Shown piece by piece: positions 52,800 to 61,615 of a stretch of 64,000 nt of DNA (positions are counted from its first letter, which is position 1; the number at the start of each line of letters is the position of its first letter). Location: the NCBI GenBank assembly GCA_963769935.1, contig CAVYNY010000011.1:352001-416000 (forward strand), read 5' to 3'. A model generated the notes under the pieces. That model was not told the DNA's origin, did no database searches, and was given only the letters and a program-made list of their open reading frames with translations. The position numbers and the translations under genes were made by a program. The stretch is from an uncultured delta proteobacterium (GTDB taxonomy: Bacteria > Desulfobacterota > Desulfobacteria > Desulfobacterales > JAFDCJ01).

Positions 52800-54400
52800 G
52801 CGTTAAAGACCTGCCGTGGCAGATTGTATGGGCTAAAGATAAATGTACCCTTTGCGGCAAATGCACTGCCGTGTGTCCCGTCAACGCGATTGAATTGGGG
52901 GTGTTTCGCAAACGCGAACTGCAACCGCCGGTGGACGGATTCATAGTGCCGCCCACCAGTGTCTATAAAGCTTACTACGGTATCCGCCAAAGGACCGATC
53001 CGGCCTACAAGTGTGTCGGCTGTGCGATGTGCAACCTGGTCTGTCCCAACGACGCCATCGCGCCGGCGCGGGCCGATGAAACCGACAAATTTCGCTTTCA
53101 TGTCGATCGGGGCGGACAGCCGCGCCGCCGGGGCGGCCGGCGCAATGTGCAGGGCGGAATCCTGGATCGGTTAAAATTTATCCGCATTTCAATGCTGACC
53201 GACCCCGCCCTGGATGCAGGACGCCACGAATTTGAATTGCGCACGCTTCTGGGACGGGTGCTGCCCCCCGAAGAAAACCTGAAGTTCCTGCAGAATAACG
53301 GCTGGATCCCGCCGGTCAGAGAAATCTACCCCCTGATCATCGGCAGCATGTCTTTCGGCGCGCTGTCGCCCACGATGTGGGAAGGGCTTCAAATGGGGGT
53401 GGCCTATCTCAACGAGGAGCTCGGCATGCCGGTGCGTATCTGTACCGGTGAAGGCGGCTGTCCGCCGCGGCTATTGCGCTCGCGGTTTTTGAAGTATGTC
53501 ATTTTACAGATCGCCAGCGGCTATTTCGGCTGGGATGAAATCATTCATGCCCTGCCCGAGATGAAGGAGGATCCCTGCGCCATTGAAATCAAGTACGGCC
53601 AGGGGGCCAAGCCCGGAGACGGGGGCCTGCTGATGTGGTACAAAGTCAACAAGCTGATTGCCGCCATCCGGGGGGTGCCGGCCGGGATCAATCTGCCCAG
53701 TCCGCCGACCCACCAAACCAAGTATTCCATTGAGGAATCCGTTGCCAAAATGATTCAGTCCATGTACATGGCCTGGGGTTTCAGGGTGCCGGTTTATCCA
53801 AAAATATCGGGCACTTCAACCGCTCTGGCGGTTTTAAACAACCTGACCCGCAATCCCTACGCGGCAGGACTCGCGATCGACGGTGAGGACGGCGGTACGG
53901 GCGCCGCATACAACGTATCCATGAATCATATGGGACATCCCATTGCCAGCAACATCCGCGACTGCTACCTGAATCTTGTCAATCTGGGCTTCCAGAATCA
54001 GGTTCCGCTGTTTGCCGGCGGCGGGGTCGGCAAAACCGGAAATCTGGCGGCCAATGCCGCGGCCCTCATCATGCTGGGCGCCAGCGGTATTCAAATCGGC
54101 AAATACATCATGCAGGCGGCGGCCGGATGTCTGGGATCGGAGTCGGATCGCTGCAACATCTGCAATATCGGTCTTTGCCCCAAAGGGATTACCTCCCAGG
54201 ATCCACGCCTGTATCGGCGTCTGAATTCCGAAGATGTGGCCCAGCGGGTGGTGGATGTGTACCTGAGCTTTGATACTGAATTGAGAAAAATAGTGGCCCC
54301 CCTGGGACGCTCCACATCTCTGCCGATCGGGATGTCGGATGCGCTGGGTATCGATGACTATAATGCAGCGGAGAGACTGAAGATTAAGTATGTGGTGTGA
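52763..54400 (+). CDS. Glutamate synthase FMN-binding subunit with 4Fe-4S ferredoxin motifs
   Basis: Two CxxCxxCxxxCP, MSFGALS, TGEGG, EIKYGQGAKPG.GG, GGTGAA and C..GITSQD motifs. Confidence 0.9.
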   Translation: MLPDRPINPSTLSVKDLPWQIVWAKDKCTLCGKCTAVCPVNAIELGVFRKRELQPPVDGFIVPPTSVYKAYYGIRQRTDPAYKCVGCAMCNLVCPNDAIAPARADETDKFRFHVDRGGQPRRRGGRRNVQGGILDRLKFIRISMLTDPALDAGRHEFELRTLLGRVLPPEENLKFLQNNGWIPPVREIYPLIIGSMSFGALSPTMWEGLQMGVAYLNEELGMPVRICTGEGGCPPRLLRSRFLKYVILQIASGYFGWDEIIHALPEMKEDPCAIEIKYGQGAKPGDGGLLMWYKVNKLIAAIRGVPAGINLPSPPTHQTKYSIEESVAKMIQSMYMAWGFRVPVYPKISGTSTALAVLNNLTRNPYAAGLAIDGEDGGTGAAYNVSMNHMGHPIASNIRDCYLNLVNLGFQNQVPLFAGGGVGKTGNLAANAAALIMLGASGIQIGKYIMQAAAGCLGSESDRCNICNIGLCPKGITSQDPRLYRRLNSEDVAQRVVDVYLSFDTELRKIVAPLGRSTSLPIGMSDALGIDDYNAAERLKIKYVV

Positions 54401-54414
54401 GTTGGAGAGAACCC

Positions 54415-56764
54415 ATGTCTAACCGAGAAATAAAAGGCAGCGCAACCTTATACAAGATTTCCGGCCGTGTCGCCGGACAACGTGTTGACTCCAGGATTAT
54501 TGAAGAGCAGATTCAAACGGCGGTGGAACAGGGCCACCGGAGACTGCAGATCGAGGCTTTCGGCCAGCACGGCATTGGGGGACGATTGTGGCGGGCCGGC
54601 AATGAAGCGGTTCACCTTGAAATCGTCGGTCAGCCCGGACAACGGGTCGGATCCATGGGATTTGCCAACACCTCCATCGAGGTCCTCGGACCGGCATCCG
54701 ATGATGTGGGATGGCTCAATGCCGGCGCGGAGATTGTAGTGCACGGCAATGTCGGCAATGGATGTGCCAACGCCATGGCCCAGGGCAAAATTTATGTTGC
54801 CGGCAACCTCGGTGCGCGGGGCATGACCATGACCAAGCACAACCCGCGCTTCGATCCGCCGGAACTCTGGATACTGGGTTCGGTTGGAGATTACTTCGGT
54901 GAATTTATGGCGGGCGGCGTAGCCGTGGTCTGCGGCCATGAAGCTCAAAACAAAGAAAATATTCTCGGCTACCGGCCATTGGTGGGAATGGTCGGCGGCA
55001 AAATATTCTTCCGCGGATCTCACGGGGGGTACAGCGAATCGGATGCCAAGCTGGTTACCATCGGCGATGATGACTGGAACTGGCTGCTTGAAAACCTGCG
55101 GCTCTTCCTGGATCGCATCGGCCGATCCGAGCTGGCGGCTCCGTTTTCAGAGCGCAGCCGCTGGCAGTTGCTTGTCGCCCGCTCCCCTCAGGAAAAAATC
55201 GCCCGTCCGATGCGCTCGTTGCAATCGTTTAATTCGGAAGTCTGGCAAAAGGAACTCGGCCAGGGCGGCCTTATTGGAGATCTCTCCGATCTGGATCGCA
55301 GTCAGATCGCCCTGATCACTTCGGGATATCTGCGGCGGTTTGTTCCGGTTTGGGAAAACCGCAAGTACGCTGCACCCTGCGAGGCGACCTGTCCCACAGG
55401 AATACCGGTGCAGGAACGCTGGCGATTGATTCGCGCAGGCCGGGTCGATGAAGCGGTCGACCTGGCGCTTGCCTACACGCCGTTTCCGGCATCGGTGTGC
55501 GGATACCTGTGTCCCAATTTGTGCATGCAGTCATGCAGCCGCCGGATTGCGGCGATGGCACCCGTGGATACCACCCAGCTGGGCAAGGCCAGCATCAATG
55601 CCAGAGCTGCCGGAACTGCCGCCCGAATCGGACAAGAAAATAGCCGTTATCGGCGGCGGACCGGCCGGTATATCCGTTGCCTGGCAGCTGCGGCTGAAAG
55701 GACACCAGGTTGTGATTTATGAAATGGCGCCGGATATCGGCGGTAAATTCAGCCGCATTATTCCTGCCAGCCGGATTCCCAAAGAAATCATTGCCGCCGA
55801 ACTGCAGCGGGTGAAAGAGGTCTTGCCCCATGTCCATCATCAGAAACCTCTCGCCAAACAGGACATCAAACAACTGCGCGAAGATTTTGATTTTGTGGTG
55901 ATTGCCACCGGCGCCCAAAAGCCCAGAACCTTACCGATACCGGGCAATGAGCGGGCGGTGACGGCGCTGGAATTTCTCCAAAAGGCCAAAGCCGACACGG
56001 CCAAAGTCGGCGAACAGGTGGTTATTATCGGCGCCGGCAATGTCGGCTGCGATGCAGCCACCGAAGCCCAGCGACTCGGTGCCCGGGAGATCACCCTGTT
56101 GGATGTGCAGGAGCCGGCATCTTTCGGCAAGGAAAGACAGGCGGCCGAAGCCATCGGTGCCAAATTCAGATGGCCGGTCTTCACCCGGGAGATTAGCGCC
56201 GATGCGGTCATCCTCAAAACCGGCGAGAAAATTGTCGCCGACACGGTGATCATATCCATCGGCGATGTGCCGGATCTTGAGTTTCTACCCGATGATGTGA
56301 CCACCGAAAAAGGCTTCGTGAAGGTCAACGATCATTTTTTAACCGCCGATCCCAAAATATTTGCCATCGGCGATGTCGTCAGACCCGGACTTTTGACCGA
56401 TGCCATCGGCGCCGGGCGCATCGTCGCCCAGACGATCTGCGATATCTTAGAGGACAAGCCCCCGGAAGTCCGCCGACGTGAAATGATCGATCGCAACCGG
56501 ATTACCCTGGAATATTTTGATCCCCGGATTACCGAATACAGTGATCTGGATCACTGCGGGTCCCAGTGTTCATCCTGCGGCGCCTGCCGCGACTGCGGCA
56601 TCTGCGTGGCGACCTGCCCCCGGCATGCCATCAGCCGGCAAGAATCGGATGGCGCGGATTATGAATATGTGGTAGCTGAAGATCTTTGCATCGGGTGCGG
56701 ATTTTGCGCCGGTGCCTGCCCGTGCGGGGTATGGGACCTGGTGGAAAATACGCCGATCGGATAG
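54415..56764 (+). CDS. Glutamate synthase GXGXG domain fused to a GltD-like FAD/NAD(P)H oxidoreductase and ferredoxin; one +1 frameshift near 55603
   Basis: GQHGIGG and GDYFGEFMAGG, then PCEATCP and CPNLC, then IGGGPAG, GAGNVGCD and C-terminal 2x4Fe-4S motifs. Confidence 0.85.
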
Positions 56765-56819
56765 GCGCCTGCGCCTAATTTTATGCTATAGATACAGAAT
56801 TGTGTTGATTAAATTCGAT

Positions 56820-57243
56820 GGTTTCAGGTGAGGTGTCAGAATCGGCGGCAGTTATCTGGTGTTCCGTGATGGTGGATCAGAAATGCCGGCACGTTTTAAA
56901 TTCAAAAATCAACAAAGGAAAAAGTCCAAATTCCAAGCACCAAATTCCAAATAAATCCCAAATTACAACAATTAATGACCAAAACAGACTAAACCAGGAA
57001 AAGGTCGCTTTTTTATTTATTTTTCCGTGTTTTGGAATTTTGAATCTTGGTCATTGTAATTTGTTTGAGCCCGCCCTGGTGCGACGTGCTTGGGTTACAC
57101 TTTTAACCTGCTCTGGTTTGGGCGTGAATGCAGTAAATACTTCAAGCGGCAAATCGGTCTGGGCCAGGGATTTGTCATTTGGAATTTGTGATTTTTAGCA
57201 GACCCGGCGACGCCGGAGGCGCTGGCACCTGACACATGAAACC
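56820..57243. repeat. Nested repeat elements between the glutamate synthase operon and purF
   Basis: Outer GGTTTCAGG..GGTGTCAG / CTGACACATGAAACC, inner CAAATTC/GAATTTG arms, and a 100-bp insert at 57068-57167. Confidence 0.75.
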
Positions 57244-57305
57244 GATATCTCAGCTCAAGTGCCTGAAATTTTAAAGCATTTCTATATCAGAGGAGTCTAA
57301 ACATT

Positions 57306-58715
57306 ATGACCGATTTTGATAAACCCCGCGAGGCTTGCGGTATCTTTGGTATTTGCGGACATCATGAAGCTGCGCCGATTACCTATTTCGGGCTGTATGC
57401 CTTGCAGCACCGGGGACAGGAAAGCGCCGGCATTGCGGTTTGCCGGGATGAGACGATTGTCGAACATAAAGGCATGGGGCTGGTTTCCGATGTTTTCACC
57501 ATGGACCAGCTGCAAGAGTTGGCCGGCAACTGCGCCATCGGACATGCCCGTTATTCAACAACGGGCAGCTCGGTGCTGACCAATGCCCAGCCTTTTCTGG
57601 TCCGTCATCGACATAAATCTTATGCGGTGGCCCACAATGGGAATATTGTCAATGCCCACACATTGAAAAATGAGCTTGAAGAAGCCGGATCAATTTTCCA
57701 GACCACGATGGACAGCGAAATATTTCTGCATCTCTTCGTAAAAAACCTCATCTACGGTTTCGAAGAGGCGCTGGTGAAAACGGTGTCCAGTCTGCAGGGG
57801 GCATTTTCCTTTGTAATGCTGACCAGCCGGGGTGAAGTTATCGGCATAAAAGATCCTTGCGGTTTCAGACCCCTGGCCCTTGGCAAGTTAAACGGCAATT
57901 ATGTGCTGGCTTCCGAAACCTGTGCGTTTGACCTGGTCGAGGCTGAATTTATACGCGAACTGGATCCCGGCGAAATCGTCATCATCGGACCGGACGGTAT
58001 AAAAAGTATAAAAACACCGACGGTTAACCGGCGCGCATTCTGCATATTTGAATTCATTTATTTTGCCAGACCCGACAGCACCATTTACGGCCGCAATGTG
58101 TATCTGACCCGCAAGGCTTTCGGCCGGCGTCTGGCCCGCGAGGCTCCCGCAGCGGCTGATTTTGTGATGCCGTTTCCTGATTCCGGAACCTATGCCGCCC
58201 TGGGCTACTCCGAGGAATCCGGTATTCCCTTTGAGATGGGGATGATCCGCAACCATTATGTGGGGCGAACCTTTATTCAACCAACCCAGAGTATGCGTGA
58301 TTTTGGTGTCCGCGTCAAACTCAATCCCGTCAAAGAGCTCCTGAAAGGCAAGGACATCATCATCGTCGAAGACTCGATCATCCGCGGAACCACCATTAAA
58401 ACCCGGGTAAAAGCGTTGCGTGAGCTCGGGGTCGGCAAAGTACACATGCGCGTCAGCGGCCCCCCCCATCGCTTCCCGTGCCATTACGGCATCGATTTTT
58501 CAACCCGGGGCGAGCTGATTGCAGCCCGCATGTCCGTGAAAGAGCTGACGGAATATTTAGGGCTGGACTCCCTGTACTATCTCAGCATCGAGGGCCTGCT
58601 GGAAGCCAGCGGAATCGAAAACCCGCGGGAAAATTTCTGCAAAGCCTGCTTTGACGGCTGTTATCCGGTGGATTTCGATCAGGATTTAACCAAAGACTGC
58701 CTTGAGATCGACTGA
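57306..58715 (+). CDS. purF: Amidophosphoribosyltransferase
   Basis: EACGIFG, LQHRGQESAGI, GHARYST, AHNGN, EDSIIRGTT and YGID motifs. Confidence 0.97.
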   Translation: MTDFDKPREACGIFGICGHHEAAPITYFGLYALQHRGQESAGIAVCRDETIVEHKGMGLVSDVFTMDQLQELAGNCAIGHARYSTTGSSVLTNAQPFLVRHRHKSYAVAHNGNIVNAHTLKNELEEAGSIFQTTMDSEIFLHLFVKNLIYGFEEALVKTVSSLQGAFSFVMLTSRGEVIGIKDPCGFRPLALGKLNGNYVLASETCAFDLVEAEFIRELDPGEIVIIGPDGIKSIKTPTVNRRAFCIFEFIYFARPDSTIYGRNVYLTRKAFGRRLAREAPAAADFVMPFPDSGTYAALGYSEESGIPFEMGMIRNHYVGRTFIQPTQSMRDFGVRVKLNPVKELLKGKDIIIVEDSIIRGTTIKTRVKALRELGVGKVHMRVSGPPHRFPCHYGIDFSTRGELIAARMSVKELTEYLGLDSLYYLSIEGLLEASGIENPRENFCKACFDGCYPVDFDQDLTKDCLEID

Positions 58716-58844
58716 AAGATTCCCACTTTACATGAAGATTCGGGTTCAAGCGACATTCGATATTCTTACTGCTTGCCCTTTTAGGAAATGCGGTATAGAA
58801 TTAGATGTTTGATTCTTGGCGATTAACAACGGCCGGAGGACGAT

Positions 58845-59354
58845 ATGCTCGAATCGCGATATCTGAAAGATAATATCGAAAATATTCAAAAGCTTTTGGC
58901 AATTCCCGCCCTTAGAAATTTTGAAACCAAAAGTCTGCAGAAACTGCTCAGGTTAAGCAAAATCAGGGAATACGACGACGGTGAAATGATCATCAAGGAA
59001 GGTGATCTGGATCCGTGGCTTTATTTCATGCTTTCCGGCAAGATCCGGGTCAGCAAAGAAGAAATGGAGATCAACACCATTGACAAGAAGGGTGAAATCT
59101 TCGGTGAGATGCGAATTATCGACAGCCTGAAACGATCGGCTTCGGTTTATGCGGTCGGCAAAACCATCTGCCTGGCTGTTGATACATCTGCCAAAAACCG
59201 GATCTCCGATCAGGATCCCATGGATGAGAAGCTGGATTTTTTGCTCTTATTATACCGCATATTTGCCGAATATATGTCGATCCGTCTGCGGGCCACCAAC
59301 GAAGAACTGATTACCGCCAAAAAGAAAATCAAGCGTCTGCTCACTAAAATATGA
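58845..59354 (+). CDS. Stand-alone cyclic-nucleotide-binding domain protein
   Basis: IIKEGD..LYFMLSG..GEIFGEM..RSASVYA; no HTH. Confidence 0.85.
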   Translation: MLESRYLKDNIENIQKLLAIPALRNFETKSLQKLLRLSKIREYDDGEMIIKEGDLDPWLYFMLSGKIRVSKEEMEINTIDKKGEIFGEMRIIDSLKRSASVYAVGKTICLAVDTSAKNRISDQDPMDEKLDFLLLLYRIFAEYMSIRLRATNEELITAKKKIKRLLTKI

Positions 59355-60370
59355 CCCTGACGAAAACCGTAGCCTTTTCGAAAAATTCCGCCAACCTGTT
59401 TTTCCATATCCTCACAAAATGCAATCTCAAATGCCGCCATTGTTACATCAACCCCGCGCAGCATGGCAAAGACACCCTGCCTCTGGCAACCATTCAAGCC
59501 TGGCTGGAGGTATTTTCGCCTGACAGCGGGTCAAAGAATCTCATATTTCTAGGCGGTGAACCCACTCTGCACCCGGATTTGCCGGCCGCCGTAAAACATG
59601 CCCGCCGCCTGGGATTCGGTTCCATCACGATTGATACCAACGGCTATCTGTTTCATGACATCCTGTCAGAGGTAGCTCCTGAAGAAGTGGATTATTTCAG
59701 CTTCAGCCTGGACGGCGCCACCCGCGAAACCAACGATCGGAATCGGGGGAATGGGTCATACGCTGCCTGTCTTGACGGTATTCGCAGGGCAACTGCGAGG
59801 GGCTTTACGACCAGTTTAATTTACACGGTCAGCCGTTCCAATATCCATGAGCTTGAGATGATGCCTGATTTACTGGATAAATTGGGTGTCGACCGGTTCT
59901 TCATCCAGGTTATCGGTCTGCGGGGAAAATCGGCCCTGACAGAGGATGCATCTGATATTCATAAATCGCCGCAGGTTTCCAGAACCCAATGGCTGGATGT
60001 CGTTTCCAGGACTGCGCAGATGATCGCGGACCGTGGGATTATGGTTACCTATCCGAAAGTGTTCTTAGGTCCGGAAGAAAAATTTGAATGTGCCGGCATC
60101 GTGGCGGACAATTACTTTGTTTTCCCCAACGGCCGGGTGTATCGCTGCCCGCTGTGTGAGGACTTTCCGATCCACAGCCTGTGCTTTCGGGAAAATCAGC
60201 TGCTGCCGACCGCCAAACTCAACGAACAGGATTTTTTTCAACTTGATATTCCTGAAGGCTGCGTCATGAATAAGCTGATCCAACCGTATAATATCCGCTA
60301 CGACGAAGTGGGGCGGCCGGAGTTCAAGATTGCGTGCTGTTTGCTCAAGGAGGAAATTAAGCCTGGGTGA
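59351..60370 (+). CDS. Radical SAM protein with C-terminal Cys cluster
   Basis: CNLKCRHC, GGEP, DTNG and SLDG motifs; C-terminal CAG..YRCPLC..CVMN..CC. Confidence 0.9.
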   Translation: MTLTKTVAFSKNSANLFFHILTKCNLKCRHCYINPAQHGKDTLPLATIQAWLEVFSPDSGSKNLIFLGGEPTLHPDLPAAVKHARRLGFGSITIDTNGYLFHDILSEVAPEEVDYFSFSLDGATRETNDRNRGNGSYAACLDGIRRATARGFTTSLIYTVSRSNIHELEMMPDLLDKLGVDRFFIQVIGLRGKSALTEDASDIHKSPQVSRTQWLDVVSRTAQMIADRGIMVTYPKVFLGPEEKFECAGIVADNYFVFPNGRVYRCPLCEDFPIHSLCFRENQLLPTAKLNEQDFFQLDIPEGCVMNKLIQPYNIRYDEVGRPEFKIACCLLKEEIKPG

Positions 60371-60429
60371 AAAGGGCCTTCATTAAATTTTTTCGATAAA
60401 CAACTTAGGTCTGCTTGATTGCAGATACC

Positions 60430-60490
60430 GGAGTAATGGGGTATTGGAGTGCTGGATTTTTTTCATTACCCCATCACCCCACCACTCCAA
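60430..60490. repeat. Inverted octamer arrays (GGAGTAAT-like)n ... (ATTACYCC-like)n
   Basis: GGAGTAAT GGGGTATT GGAGTGCT GG ... CATTACCC CATCACCC CACCACTC CA. Confidence 0.78.
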
Positions 60491-60500
60491 TCGTCTAAAA

Positions 60501-60788
60501 ATGTCGACCGTTCGCCAGAAAATAATTGCGCTTATATCTGACAGGGAAATGGATGCCCGGGAGCTGTCCCGGGAAGTGGGAATCAAGGAAAAAGAAGTAT
60601 ATGAACATCTGGCCCACATTAAACGTTCATTGGCGGCCAAGGGAATCAAACTTACTATCCGGCCGAGCGAATGCCTCAGCTGCGGATATGTGTTCAAAGA
60701 CCGGCGGCGTTTGACCCGGCCCGGCCGCTGCCCCCGCTGCCGGGAATCACATCTGATAAATCCATCCTTTAAAATACCTGAATTTTGA
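60501..60788 (+). CDS. HTH plus Zn-ribbon transcriptional regulator (COG3357-like)
   Basis: EKEVYEHLAHI, CLSCGYVF and RCPRC motifs; start ATG 60501. Confidence 0.8.
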   Translation: MSTVRQKIIALISDREMDARELSREVGIKEKEVYEHLAHIKRSLAAKGIKLTIRPSECLSCGYVFKDRRRLTRPGRCPRCRESHLINPSFKIPEF

Positions 60789-60975
60789 ACGTAAATCACA
60801 TCTATAACATTCGAAGTCAGATTGTCAGGATTGACTTCGAGCGTTATTCGGTGTTTAAAAAATTCAGGTCTTTATTATATCTTCCTAATATAAATCAGCG
60901 ACCAGCAGCAAAGCGTCCTTCCAGTCCTTTCCAGGGGCCTTTCTCATACTCCCGGCTCTGCTGATGGTCGCTGAT

Positions 60976-61347
60976 TTATTTTTGGTACCACTTGCCGTTG
61001 GCATCCTGCAGCCAATCACCGGCCTGGGCTTTATCGGCGATTTGAACTGCCCGATGCTTGCCGACCACTTCAACCGTGGTTGACTGTTGTTTGGCAATGG
61101 CTTCATAAACCTGCTTGCGGTCGCTGTTCTCAGCCTCGACCACATTCTCCTGCTCTTTCTTTTTGCCGATAAATTCCAGGTACCCCTTGTTATTTTCTCC
61201 GACGAGGCCTTTGTCTTTAAGCGATTTGATAACCGGCAGACGGGCAATCATCCGCTGCTTGATATCCGCGGAAGACGAATGACCATCGGTGATCAGGAAA
61301 CCCAGGATGAAAACAGGCAATATCGCAATGAGTGTTATACGCTTCAT
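60976..61347 (-). CDS. YdbL/DUF1318 family protein
   Basis: GLVGENNKGYL, EN.DR..VY.AIA and GDWLQ..G.W motifs. Confidence 0.85.
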   Translation of the reverse strand: MKRITLIAILPVFILGFLITDGHSSSADIKQRMIARLPVIKSLKDKGLVGENNKGYLEFIGKKKEQENVVEAENSDRKQVYEAIAKQQSTTVEVVGKHRAVQIADKAQAGDWLQDANGKWYQK

Positions 61348-61386
61348 ATGAAATCTCCTCGGTGATCGGATCAGGGTGATCACGCT

Positions 61387-61608
61387 TTATTCGGTGGTTG
61401 ATGGTTTGGGTTCAACCTTCTCTTCAGCCTTGTCAATATCATTGAAGAAGCTATCAAGCGCTCTGTCAACCTTCACATTGACATCAATCGTAATATGGAT
61501 CGGCTTAATTTCCACGGGTGCCACCTCAACTTTATGCTGGGTGCAGCCGGGCGCAGCCAGGAAAAAAATTGCCGCCAGCAGCCAAAACGGTTTTCCTATC
61601 ATGGGCAT
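61387..61608 (-). CDS. YnbE-like lipoprotein
   Basis: Lipobox-like PGC, PIHITIDVNVKVD; lies between ydbH and ydbL. Confidence 0.75.
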   Translation of the reverse strand: MPMIGKPFWLLAAIFFLAAPGCTQHKVEVAPVEIKPIHITIDVNVKVDRALDSFFNDIDKAEEKVEPKPSTTE

Positions 61609-61615
61609 TTGCTCC

